64,000 nt of DNA. Source: an uncultured Alphaproteobacteria bacterium (GTDB taxonomy: Bacteria > Pseudomonadota > Alphaproteobacteria > Rhizobiales > Rhodomicrobiaceae). A program made the position numbers and the translations under genes. Below, piece by piece: positions 20,313 through 31,718 of the stretch. How positions within the stretch are numbered: the first letter of the stretch is position 1; each line of letters starts with the position of its first letter. A model generated the notes under the pieces. The model was not told the DNA's origin. It made no database searches and was given only the letters and a program-made list of their open reading frames with translations. The DNA lies in assembly GCA_963829495.1 (NCBI GenBank), contig CAWHIT010000028.1, positions 51,080-115,079 of the forward strand. The letters run 5' to 3'.

Positions 20313-20822
20313 TCAGGCTAATCCTTGGATTTCTTCAATTGTGAGATCTCCAGGGACGATGGTCACCGGAATGGGAAATGTCCCGGCCTTCGTGCCCGCC
20401 GCAAGCGACGATACGAGCGGCCCAGGCCCCTCGGGATCGGTTGCGGCGCCCAGCACCAGGATGCCGAAGTCCAGATCCTCTTCGATGAGCTTCACAATCT
20501 CCTCGGCCTTATGCCCCTCGCGGATGATTTCCTCATGCGAGATATCCTCGAAGCCCCAGTTTTTGAGTTTCCGGGCGCGAAGACGAAACACGGCCTTGGC
20601 CTTTTGATATTGCTCGTCGCGAAACGTGTCCATGACGCCGAGCCAATGCGACATTTCCGGCGGCTCGATCACGAAGAGAAGCGCCAAGCCGCCGCCCGTT
20701 CGGCGAGCGCGGCGGGCGGCGTAGTACAAAGCCGTTTCCCCCTCGGGAAATTCATCAACGATCACCAGAAACTTGCGTTTGTGGCCTTCGGTGAAGAGAT
20801 CGCGAGGGGTGCGGTCCGCCAT
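20313..20822 (-). CDS. universal stress protein
   Basis: RKFLVIVD, LVLGA, GPGPLVSSL, PIPVTIVPG; usual position between trpS and nfu. Confidence 0.88.
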   Translation of the reverse strand: MADRTPRDLFTEGHKRKFLVIVDEFPEGETALYYAARRARRTGGGLALLFVIEPPEMSHWLGVMDTFRDEQYQKAKAVFRLRARKLKNWGFEDISHEEIIREGHKAEEIVKLIEEDLDFGILVLGAATDPEGPGPLVSSLAAGTKAGTFPIPVTIVPGDLTIEEIQGLA

Positions 20823-20840
20823 GGGCTTCCCATTGCGCTG

Positions 20841-21908
20841 CTATCGATGGGAGTCCACCTTAGCATGGTTTTTCGCGGTGTGCGCTTGCACGAAACCGAC
20901 AATGTTGCGGACATGGTGAAGCGTTTCGTCCGCGATGACCCGCGCACGCTCTGCGCCCTCCGCGAGCACACTGTCGATGTACGCGGTATCGGCGGAAATG
21001 CGCTTCATCTCCGCGCCGATGGGACCGAGCTTCTCGACCGCGAGGTCGGCCAGCGCATTCTTGAACGTGGAGAACTGCGAACCGCCGAACTCGCGCAGCA
21101 CCGCCTCCATATTCTGTCCGCTAAGCGCCGCGTAAATCCCCGCGAGGTTCTCCGCCTCGGGACGGCCCTCGAAGCCCTTCGCATCGGTTGGAAGCGGCTC
21201 GGGATCGGTCTTCGCCTTCCTGATCTTCCGGGCAATCGTCTCGGCGTCGTCCGCAACATTGATGCGGGACAGGTCCGAGGGATCGGACTTCGACATCTTC
21301 TTTGTGCCGTCGCGCAACGACATGACGCGCGTCGCGGGTCCGGCGATGACCGGCTCGGGCTGTGGGAAGAACCCATCCGCGAAACCTTCGGCAGCGATCG
21401 TCTCCGCGAAATCGACGTTGAATTTCTGCGCGATGTCGCGGGTCAGCTCCAGATGCTGCTTCTGGTCGTCCCCCACCGGCACATGCGTGGCGCGATAGAC
21501 GAGAATGTCAGCCGCCATCAATATGGGATAGTCGTAAAGCCCAATGCTCGCGTTCTCGCGGTCCTTGCCCGCCTTCTCCTTGAACTGCGTCATGCGGTTC
21601 AGCCAGCCGATGCGCGCCACGCAGTTCAAAATCCAGGCGAGTTCCGCGTGCGCGTAAACCTGCGACTGGTTGAAAATGATGTGCTTTTTCGGGTCTACGC
21701 CCGCCGCGATAAACGCCGCCGTGACCTCGCGCGTGGAGCGCCGCAGATCGGCCGGGTCCTGCTTGACCGTGATCGCGTGCATGTCGACGACGCAATAGAC
21801 GCAATCGTAATGATCCTGCAGCGCAACGAATTTCGTGATCGCGCCCAGGTAGTTGCCGAGATGCAGATTGCCGGTCGGTTGGACACCGGAGAAAACGAGC
21901 TGTTTCAT
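20841..21908 (-). CDS. trpS: tryptophanyl-tRNA synthetase
   Basis: [31 protein letters not shown]. Confidence 0.97.
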   Translation of the reverse strand: MKQLVFSGVQPTGNLHLGNYLGAITKFVALQDHYDCVYCVVDMHAITVKQDPADLRRSTREVTAAFIAAGVDPKKHIIFNQSQVYAHAELAWILNCVARIGWLNRMTQFKEKAGKDRENASIGLYDYPILMAADILVYRATHVPVGDDQKQHLELTRDIAQKFNVDFAETIAAEGFADGFFPQPEPVIAGPATRVMSLRDGTKKMSKSDPSDLSRINVADDAETIARKIRKAKTDPEPLPTDAKGFEGRPEAENLAGIYAALSGQNMEAVLREFGGSQFSTFKNALADLAVEKLGPIGAEMKRISADTAYIDSVLAEGAERARVIADETLHHVRNIVGFVQAHTAKNHAKVDSHR

Positions 21909-22171
21909 GGTTTTGGAAGCCCTGAGTGAACGAGGCGCTGTTATGGACCTCGCCGGGGCGGAAATGCAAGCTTCGGCCGCGCTGCATCCCCACCGCTTTC
22001 CGCAGCCTAAATTGAGATGGGACCTCTTGGCTCTTGGGAGCGACGCGATCTGGAAGGCAGCCTGGCTCGAATCGGACTCGCTGTTCCGATAAAATATAGG
22101 CAGCTTGAACTTCAACAACGGAAATTACTCGCGTTTGCACCGTAGCTCGATAGGCTTTGCAGGTTCGACGC

Positions 22172-23605
22172 TCACTGATGACCTGAAGCCAACTCTGGAC
22201 AACTAGCGGTCGCAATTAACCCGCCTTGCCCATCCGCGGGCAAGCGCAAGACTGGCTCCGGAGCAAACGCCGTCGTGCTATTTCCAGCCGCAATTTCCCG
22301 TGGAAGCGAAAAGCTTTCGACAATAGCTGCCACAATCCATATTGACGCCCAAGGTACGTAATTATTATGCAATACTCCGCCGATCGCGAGAAGCAACGTA
22401 TTGACCATTGCTAGGGTCCAAAACAGGCGCTGCTCGCGTCTCGTGATATAGCGGAGCCAGAGGAGCCCTATCGCTACGAGTGCGCACAGCCTTGCCGCGG
22501 TCAGAAGCTGAGGAGCAGCGAAATATGTCCAAGAGGTTGTATCCTTGGACATGACGAACGGCCACATCAATACGTCAGAAAATATTCCGATCGGATCCCA
22601 TGCAATCCAGGGTGCACAGATCGCGAGGAAAACCCCGCCAGCCATAAAGAGTGGCCGAACACTGCGAAATTTCAGAAGCAGCGGGAAGAAGATAAGACTG
22701 GGAAAAATTTTGCATCCAAGGGCGATCGCCAAAAGTGCCGCGGTAGCAAGGGGTTTCCCACGACAGTAAGTCAGAACCCCCAAGGAACAAAACGCTAATG
22801 CCCAAACATCGGTTGCCGTGTGGCCCAAATAGTTCCAACTTATGATGCGATCAAGAAGAATGGCCAAAATCCCAATCGCTGCAGGCGGGCCTGGACTGAT
22901 ACCCAAAAGAAGGCGGCTCATGGCCCAATACAGTATAAAACACATCAATGCATTTAACAGAACTACAATAGATGGTTGTCCCAATGGGACGAATAAGGCT
23001 GTAACATCGAGGATTACAGGACCATATTTGTAACCAGTTATCCTCGTTTCGTCAAAGCTATGACTGGTACCTATGTTTACAGGGAGAAGCTTGGCCCGAA
23101 CTCCTGGGTCAAGGGTTTTGTCATATAGCGCTAAGGCCGCATCAATGCCCTGGTCTTGGATGTCAGCGATGATGTTTTCGGCGCGCCGCGCTTCCGCTCT
23201 AACTTTATAGCAAGCGAAATCGACGACAGCGCCACGTCCGTATGGATTCTCGCCTTTCCAAAGTAAACGGGCCGAGCGCCATGTCGTTTGTCCGACATCA
23301 AGAGGTATCTTATTGCTCTTGAAGCAATGGAACAGCGTGAACGCTGCGATCCCGACGTTGAGTGTAACCGCTAGTATGACCGCTATTTTTAGGAAGTTTA
23401 TCGAAGAACCGAGAGAACACCAGGAAACAGAGCCTTGTTTAAAATATCTCTGTGGCCCAAACCTCAATAAAGCAAGACCAATAATCAATCCAGCTACGAG
23501 CAATCCTCTAGCGAGGCCAAAACCATAATCAAGAAACAAGAATGTACTTAAGTAAATTTGGAAAAACACCAGCACAATCGCTAGTTTTTTATATCCTCTT
23601 AGCAT
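22172..23605 (-). CDS. polytopic membrane protein, GT87/GT-C glycosyltransferase-like; low GC
   Basis: About 10-12 hydrophobic segments; GENPY and YKYGP in the first loop, GHTATDVW, ALGCKIFP; clearly AT-richer than its neighbours. Confidence 0.6.
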   Translation of the reverse strand: MLRGYKKLAIVLVFFQIYLSTFLFLDYGFGLARGLLVAGLIIGLALLRFGPQRYFKQGSVSWCSLGSSINFLKIAVILAVTLNVGIAAFTLFHCFKSNKIPLDVGQTTWRSARLLWKGENPYGRGAVVDFACYKVRAEARRAENIIADIQDQGIDAALALYDKTLDPGVRAKLLPVNIGTSHSFDETRITGYKYGPVILDVTALFVPLGQPSIVVLLNALMCFILYWAMSRLLLGISPGPPAAIGILAILLDRIISWNYLGHTATDVWALAFCSLGVLTYCRGKPLATAALLAIALGCKIFPSLIFFPLLLKFRSVRPLFMAGGVFLAICAPWIAWDPIGIFSDVLMWPFVMSKDTTSWTYFAAPQLLTAARLCALVAIGLLWLRYITRREQRLFWTLAMVNTLLLAIGGVLHNNYVPWASIWIVAAIVESFSLPREIAAGNSTTAFAPEPVLRLPADGQGGLIATASCPELASGHQ

Positions 23606-23879
23606 GGCTATATTTCCAAATATTTATGTACACTATATGACTTTTTGTAGGGTAGGCGCGGCGCTAGGACTGTCCAAAAATTTCGGCTGGGGATTATTCG
23701 ACAAGGTTTTCTACGGGCTTTTCTTAGTCCAGTTCGGACAACGGACGTAAACGCTCCTTCCACTATCAATTTCAGCGTATGTTCCAGGATATCGAGGGGC
23801 TTGGCATACACTTGGAACCAAGTGCTAAAACGTAGATATTCTTACAACTAGGTAAATTGCTGTCAAGTGGAGTTGCACG

Positions 23880-24035
23880 CAGGACCGCCCCGGCCGCCGG
23901 GATGACAGTGCGGCGGCAAACGGGAGAAATCTGCGGGGCGATCATGACCTGGATGGATTGTACGCACTTTCTGACGCGCACGTTTCCGAAAGTCGCGAAC
24001 GAAATGGCGCTCGCTGTGCTCGTTTATCGTCGCCA
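23880..24035 (+). mobile_element. IS1182-family transposase C-terminal remnant
   Basis: Translates as RRQT..GAIMTWMDCTHFLTRTFPKVANEMALAVLVY, resembling the IS1182 C-terminal pattern RRQTVEHPFGTIK.WMG.THFL...V..EM.L.VLAYN. Confidence 0.7.
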
Positions 24036-24159
24036 GCTCAACTGCGAGCCCACGATTCCCGCTTGACCCCAAGGAAGAGACGTGGCCTCCAACTGACGCA
24101 GAGATGCGCCCAATGCACAACTCGCTTGGCAGGAGCCTCGATATAGGCGATTACGCGCT

Positions 24160-24690
24160 CGGCCACGCCATCATGGTAAGGAAGCTTACTAGGGATTGTG
24201 CGTTAACCCGGGATGGTTAACAGCGGCGCGCGGGGATTTATTTCCGGTCCGAATTTGCACCGAAAAAGAGAGCAGCCCGCGTTCGCCGATGCGGATAAAC
24301 CGATTAACCCTTTGAAAACGATCAGTTTTCTGACAAAATCGGCAGGGTTAATGGAATGTATTTTTGGCCATAATGGGACGCGCTAAAGTCCGTTAATTAT
24401 GTTTCGGCCCGCTCGTATTAACCACGTCCGCGCCTTTCGCAGCAGCGGCGGCGCAAAAGTTATCAAAAATTTCTCTTCAAAATCAATGGTTTAATTCAAT
24501 TAACTTCTCGTCAAGGCGCTTTTTCCTAAGATCCAGGCCCAGGCAAAGTGACGCAAACGCAAGCTGGTCTAATGGTTGAAAGTAGATGCCGCCTTTCGCA
24601 ACAGGTATACAAAGAGCCAGTTGCCCTGTGAGCCGGGTTCGCGCCCGGAGGCCGGGACGACGAACCGTTGGCCAAACTGGCGGCGCTTGC
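24160..24690. repeat. long intergenic repeat element, copy 2 (diverged, opposite orientation to copies 1 and 3)
   Basis: Ordered motifs GATGGTTAACAG, TAACCCTTTGAAA, TGGGACGCGCTAAAGTCCGTTAA, AATCAATGGTTTA, GTCAAGGCGCTTTTTCCTAAGATC, GATGCCGCCTTTCGCAA..ATACAAAGAG. Confidence 0.8.
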
Positions 24691-26202
24691 TTAGATCTTC
24701 TGATTGTACTCGCCGATCTCCGGGTAGGTGGAAAGGTGGGCGTCAAGCTCCCCGAAGATGGCGCGCATGTTCGCCTCGGAGACGGGGCTTTCCACCACCA
24801 CGACCAGTTCCGGGCTGTTGGACGAGGCGCGCACCAGCCCCCACGTTCCGTCCTCCAGCATGATGCGGATGCCGTTCACGGTGATGACATCGCGGATGGG
24901 CTGCCCCGCCAGCTTCTCGCCGCGTTCGGCGATGCCCTTGAAATGAGCGATCACGCGGTCGACCACGCCATATTTCTTCTCGTCGTCGCAATGAGGCGAC
25001 ATGGTGGGCGACTGCCAGGTCTTGGGCAACTCGCGATAGAGCTCCGACATTGTCTTGGTGGGGTTATTCGAGAGCATATCGCAAACGGCGATTGCCGAGA
25101 CGAGGCCGTCGTCATAGCCGCGGCCGAGCGGCGGATTGAAGAAGTAGTGGCCGGACTTCTCGAAGCCGACGAGCGCGCCGGTCTCGTGGCTGTAGCGCTT
25201 GATGTATGAGTGGCCCGTCTTCCAGTAAGCGGTGTGGGCGCCGTTCTTCTTCAGCACAGGGTCGGTTGTGAAAAGGCCGGTCGATTTCACATCCACCACG
25301 AATTTCGCGTTCGCGTTATTGGCCGAAATATCCCGAGCGAGCATCACGCCCACCTTATCGGCGAAAATCTCGGTGCCTTCTTCGTCCACCACGCCGCAGC
25401 GGTCGCCGTCGCCATCGAAGGCAAGCCCGACATCCGCGCCCGAGAGCCGCACAGCATCCGAGACGGCATGCAGCATCTTGAGCGACTCGGGGTTGGGGTT
25501 GTGGTTCGGAAAGGTGTAGTCGAGATCGGCGTTGAGCGGGACCACGTCGCAGCCGAGCTTCGACAGCACCTGCGGAGCGAAAGCGCCCGCCGTGCCATTT
25601 CCGCACGCGCAAACGACCTTCAGCTTGCGTTTGAACGGATCGCGGTTTGTGAGGTCGGCAATATAGCGCTCGGCGATGTCCGCATGGAAGTGATAGGAGC
25701 CGCCTTCATGCAGCGTGAAGCGGCCTTCGAGAACGAGGTCGCGCAGCGCGCTCATGTCCTCCGGCCCGAAGGTCAGGGGGCGCGCCATGCCCATCTTGAT
25801 GCCGGTCCAGCCATTGTCGTTGTGGCTCGCGGTTACCATGGCCACGCCTTCGACCTCGAGCGCGAACTGCGCGAAGTACGCCGTCGGCGAAAGCGCCAGC
25901 CCGATGTCGTGCACTTCCGCGCCGCCAGCGAGCATGCCCGACATCAACGCATATTTGATGCTCGACGAATAGGAGCGGTAATCGTGCCCCGTCGCGATCC
26001 GCACCGGTACGCCGCGCTGCCGCATCAGCGTCGCCATGGCCATGCCGATCGTCTGCATCCCCATCAGGTTGATTTCCTGCGGGAACAGCCAGCGCGCATC
26101 GTATTCGCGGAAGCCCGTGGGCTTCACATAGGGCAACCGCTCGAAATCGGCGGTGTTGGGCCGCAAGTCTTTGCGCGGCTTCGGAAAGGCTGGGACAGTC
26201 AT
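24691..26202 (-). CDS. phosphomannomutase/phosphoglucomutase (AlgC-like)
   Basis: FREYDAR, VTASHN, FDGDGDR, GFEKSGH, LVRASSN. Confidence 0.92.
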   Translation of the reverse strand: MTVPAFPKPRKDLRPNTADFERLPYVKPTGFREYDARWLFPQEINLMGMQTIGMAMATLMRQRGVPVRIATGHDYRSYSSSIKYALMSGMLAGGAEVHDIGLALSPTAYFAQFALEVEGVAMVTASHNDNGWTGIKMGMARPLTFGPEDMSALRDLVLEGRFTLHEGGSYHFHADIAERYIADLTNRDPFKRKLKVVCACGNGTAGAFAPQVLSKLGCDVVPLNADLDYTFPNHNPNPESLKMLHAVSDAVRLSGADVGLAFDGDGDRCGVVDEEGTEIFADKVGVMLARDISANNANAKFVVDVKSTGLFTTDPVLKKNGAHTAYWKTGHSYIKRYSHETGALVGFEKSGHYFFNPPLGRGYDDGLVSAIAVCDMLSNNPTKTMSELYRELPKTWQSPTMSPHCDDEKKYGVVDRVIAHFKGIAERGEKLAGQPIRDVITVNGIRIMLEDGTWGLVRASSNSPELVVVVESPVSEANMRAIFGELDAHLSTYPEIGEYNQKI

Positions 26203-26415
26203 GGCTTGCTCCCGGTTCATTGGCATCTGGATAGCTTGCCGCCTGGAGCATGCCAAGTGCTGTTCCACCAAAACTGGGGATTACACGGGCGAGTTATTTG
26301 CCGTCGGCCGAACCTCCGCCTTTTGCGATCGCACAGCAGAAGAAATCGGCATCGTCAAAAACGTACGATAACCGAGAGTGCCGTCTCTTAATCCGCACAT
26401 CGGTCTTGAGAGTCT

Positions 26416-28119
<1,704 letters not shown>

Positions 28120-28160
28120 TCATCTCAGGCTGCCACTTGTCCCTGTGCGGCTTAACGCTG

Positions 28161-28754
28161 CTATCCAGAGCCGTTGAGCGCGATGTCGATCTCGCGGCCA
28201 CGCCCCGCCTCGACGAAGAAGGTCTTGATCTCGGGCCTCCGCAGAAGCTGGAGTCGGTAAATCGTGGCCGCGGCTGAAGAGAACTCACCTTTCCGGCCGA
28301 GTTGTTCTTCGCCGAATTGAAGGATGCGAAGGTTCGGCCACGCCTTGTCGCGGATGCGCACAATGCGCTCCATTATATCGCTGGCCGACAGATCCGGCTG
28401 TGCCTGTGCAAGCAGCAGCGCCATTGCCGCCGTCGATCGGGAAATCCCCATGTGACAGTGAACAAGAAGGTGCCGCAGGTTTTCCGGGTCGCGCATGATG
28501 TCCTGCCCGAACGCGAGCATTTTCGCGACGTCTTCCTGCTGGGGAGCCTGAAAACCGGGCATTTCCTCGATAACGTCGTGGAATTTCAGCTCCAGCCGCG
28601 CATGTTCGCCATATGCGCCGAACGCCTCTGGCTCAGGCTGATCCGGGTCGAGGATAGAAAGGACGTGGCTCACCTGTCGGCCAGCGTGCCCGGCGAGCTC
28701 TTCGAGCCCGCAGACTGTGATCATGAAGGGCGTTTCGACTGGCGGCATATGCAT
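28161..28754 (-). CDS. protein-tyrosine/dual-specificity phosphatase-like protein
   Basis: HCHMGISRS (CX5R) active-site loop, FHDV acid loop, AWPN. Confidence 0.85.
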   Translation of the reverse strand: MHMPPVETPFMITVCGLEELAGHAGRQVSHVLSILDPDQPEPEAFGAYGEHARLELKFHDVIEEMPGFQAPQQEDVAKMLAFGQDIMRDPENLRHLLVHCHMGISRSTAAMALLLAQAQPDLSASDIMERIVRIRDKAWPNLRILQFGEEQLGRKGEFSSAAATIYRLQLLRRPEIKTFFVEAGRGREIDIALNGSG

Positions 28755-29166
28755 TCCTTCCGCTTGGATCGAGGTTCGGCGCTGCTCTTATACCGCAATT
28801 CGGACGGTTCCAGAGTATCCGCAAGGTGCAGCGTGATGAAAAAACAGGTTGCGGATGGGAGCATGCACGGCGGCGCCAACAGGTTTGTGACGGTTGGAAA
28901 TCTGGTGTGTCAGAACGTATCCGGGCGCGAAGAAAGATTTAATTCCTCCGACTTAAGCCACTCTTGGTCACGTTGTGAGTATAAAAGCACCACTCCAGCG
29001 CCCTATTTGAAATGGTTGCGCACGTTTCATTGCGGTTGATGATGAATTGATTATCGCTTTGCGTAAGCCGTTAATGCTCCAAACGTAGAATATGAACGGA
29101 ATATGAAGGACGGATTTGGGGCGCATTCAGAAGCCATTTGCTAAATCTTGAAAACCATTATGTGAC

Positions 29167-29601
29167 ATGAAGGGTAATGACATGAAAAGTTCAGCTTTGG
29201 CGATTGGGATTGCTGCAGCTCTTACCTTGGGCGTCGGATTCACGGGCAAGGCGCTTGCCGAAACAGAGCAGCTGAAGGTGAACAAAATTCACCAGGAGAA
29301 CCGCGATATCCGCCGCGATAATCGCGACATTCGCTCCGACAGGCGACATCTCCAGCAAGACAAAAAGAAGCTTGCTCACAATCGTCTCGAGCGCAATCAC
29401 GATCAAATGAGAGAAGACCGCGCAATCGAACACGGCAATACCAAAGCCGCCGAACAGTGGGATCAGAAGCGGCAGGCCGCGCAGCGGGAAGTCAACACGG
29501 ACAAAAAAGACGCACGCCGTGACGGGCGGGACTTGAGCCACGATCGCGCAGATCGCAATGCTGACGTTCAGCAGCGTAACAGGGATGCAAGCGGCATTTA
29601 G
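29167..29601 (+). CDS. secreted D/R-rich heptad-repeat protein
   Basis: Signal peptide ending in ALA; 7-residue periodic DIRRDNRDIRSDRRHLQQD... repeats. Confidence 0.75.
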   Translation: MKGNDMKSSALAIGIAAALTLGVGFTGKALAETEQLKVNKIHQENRDIRRDNRDIRSDRRHLQQDKKKLAHNRLERNHDQMREDRAIEHGNTKAAEQWDQKRQAAQREVNTDKKDARRDGRDLSHDRADRNADVQQRNRDASGI

Positions 29602-29756
29602 ACGCTATCCGGCTCAGTGTCTTGGCATGGCCGGGTTTTGCCCGGCCGATTTTCCGCATCTCAATAGGAATAAATGCCAAGCTAGGGCGCTTCAATTATG
29701 ATCTTGCGAAATCCATACCATTTTGCACACTATGCGTGCATAGGGAGGATCGTAAA

Positions 29757-31697
29757 ATGAGCGCAGATTCGCAGGGTGGAAGTCGGTATTTCGAAGTTTA
29801 TGAGCATTGGAAGCGCGATCCGGAAGGTTTCTGGGCCGAAGCCGGGCGCCAGATCGACTGGTTCGAGCAGCCAAAAAAGATTTTTGACGCCACCCAGGGC
29901 GTCTATGGGCGCTGGTTCACGGGTGGTGTGACCAATACCGCGTATAACTGTCTCGACCGTCATGTCGAACGCGGCCGCGCCGACCAGCCTGCCGTAATTT
30001 ACGACAGCCCCGTCACCGGCCAGAAGCGCATTTACACCTACGCCGATCTTTTGGACGAGGTTAAGACTTTGGCTGGGGTTCTGCGCGAAGCGGGCGTCGA
30101 GAAGGGCGACCGCGTCATCCTTTACATGCCGATGATCCCCGAGGCACTGATCGGGATGCTGGCCTGCGCACGAATAGGAGCTATACATTCCGTCGTCTTC
30201 GGTGGTTTCGCAGCAAATGAGTTGGCTGTGCGCATCGAAGATACAAAACCGAGACTGATCATTTCGGCTTCCTGCGGCATCGAGCCCAACAGAGTGGTGA
30301 AATATAAGCCGCTCCTCGACCAGGCTATCGAGCTGTCTTCCGCGAAACCGGAAGCCTGTATCATCGTGCAACGTCCGCAAGAGGTCGCGCCTTTGATCGA
30401 AGGCCGCGATTTCGACTATGCTGTCTTGATGGAGAATGCCAGGAAGCGCGGCATCAGCGCGGACTGCGAGCCGATGGCATCCACCGACCCGCTCTATATC
30501 CTATACACTTCAGGCACCACGGGCCGTCCAAAAGGCGTGGTGCGTGACACCGGCGGCCACATGGTTGCGCTCAAGTGGACGATGAAGGCCCATTACGACA
30601 TCGACCCCGGGGAAGTGTTCTTTGTAGCCTCCGACGTGGGCTGGGTGGTCGGCCACTCTTATATCGTCTACGCGCCCCTGCTTCATGGCGCGACAACGAT
30701 CCTTTATGAAGGCAAGCCCGTTGGCACGCCGGACGCCGGAGCTTTCTGGCGGGTGATCAGCGAGCACAAGGTCAAAGCAATGTTCACGGCGCCGACCGCG
30801 TTCCGCGCCGTCAAGAAGGAAGATCCGAAGGGCACGTTGTACGCCAACTATGATCTTTCAAATTTCAAGACGCTGTTCCTGGCCGGTGAGCGCGCCGATC
30901 CCAACACCATCCATTGGGCCGAAGACCTGCTGAAGGTTCCCGTCATCGACCACTGGTGGCAAACCGAAACGGCCTGGGCCATCGCAGGCAATTGCGTGGG
31001 TCTTGGCGCGATGCCCATCAAATACGGATCGCCGACCTTCGCGATGCCGGGATACGAGCTGCACGTGCTCAACGAAAGCAACGAGGAGGTCAAGCGGGGC
31101 CAGACGGGCGCGCTCTCGATCAAGCTGCCGATGCCTCCCGGATGTCTGCCAACGCTCTGGAACAACGATACAGGCTTTGTTGAAAGCTACCTGACCGAAT
31201 TCCCGGGCTACTATAAGACCGCGGACGCCGGCTTTATCGACGAAGACGGCTATGTCTTCGTGATGGCGCGAACGGACGACATCATCAATGTCGCAGGACA
31301 CCGGCTTTCAACGGGCGCGATGGAGGAGGTTGTGTCCAACCATCCCGATGTCGCTGAGTGCGCCGTTATCGGCATCGCAGACGGCCTGAAAGGGCAGGTG
31401 CCGGCAGGCTTCGTGCTCCTGAAGGCTGGCGTCGACCGCGATATAAGCGTCATCGAACGCGAGATCGTCGCGCTCGTGCGCGATCAAATCGGGCCGGTGG
31501 CCGCGTTCAAGACTGTGTTGACGGTGAACCGCTTGCCTAAGACGCGCTCCGGAAAAATCCTCCGCGGAACGATGCGGAAGATTGCCGACGGAGAGACTTA
31601 TAAAATGCCGGCGACAATCGATGACCCGGCGATCCTGGCGGAAATAACGACGGCGCTGAAGGCGAAGGGCTTCCCGTCCGCTTCCACAGACGCTTAA
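29757..31697 (+). CDS. prpE: propionyl-CoA synthetase
   Basis: YILYTSGTTGRPKGVVRDTGGH, IDHWWQTET, LPKTRSGKILR; GGAGG RBS before the ATG at 29757. Confidence 0.9.
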   Translation: MSADSQGGSRYFEVYEHWKRDPEGFWAEAGRQIDWFEQPKKIFDATQGVYGRWFTGGVTNTAYNCLDRHVERGRADQPAVIYDSPVTGQKRIYTYADLLDEVKTLAGVLREAGVEKGDRVILYMPMIPEALIGMLACARIGAIHSVVFGGFAANELAVRIEDTKPRLIISASCGIEPNRVVKYKPLLDQAIELSSAKPEACIIVQRPQEVAPLIEGRDFDYAVLMENARKRGISADCEPMASTDPLYILYTSGTTGRPKGVVRDTGGHMVALKWTMKAHYDIDPGEVFFVASDVGWVVGHSYIVYAPLLHGATTILYEGKPVGTPDAGAFWRVISEHKVKAMFTAPTAFRAVKKEDPKGTLYANYDLSNFKTLFLAGERADPNTIHWAEDLLKVPVIDHWWQTETAWAIAGNCVGLGAMPIKYGSPTFAMPGYELHVLNESNEEVKRGQTGALSIKLPMPPGCLPTLWNNDTGFVESYLTEFPGYYKTADAGFIDEDGYVFVMARTDDIINVAGHRLSTGAMEEVVSNHPDVAECAVIGIADGLKGQVPAGFVLLKAGVDRDISVIEREIVALVRDQIGPVAAFKTVLTVNRLPKTRSGKILRGTMRKIADGETYKMPATIDDPAILAEITTALKAKGFPSASTDA

Positions 31698-31718
31698 AGT
31701 AGACCTTCGGAGAAGGCC

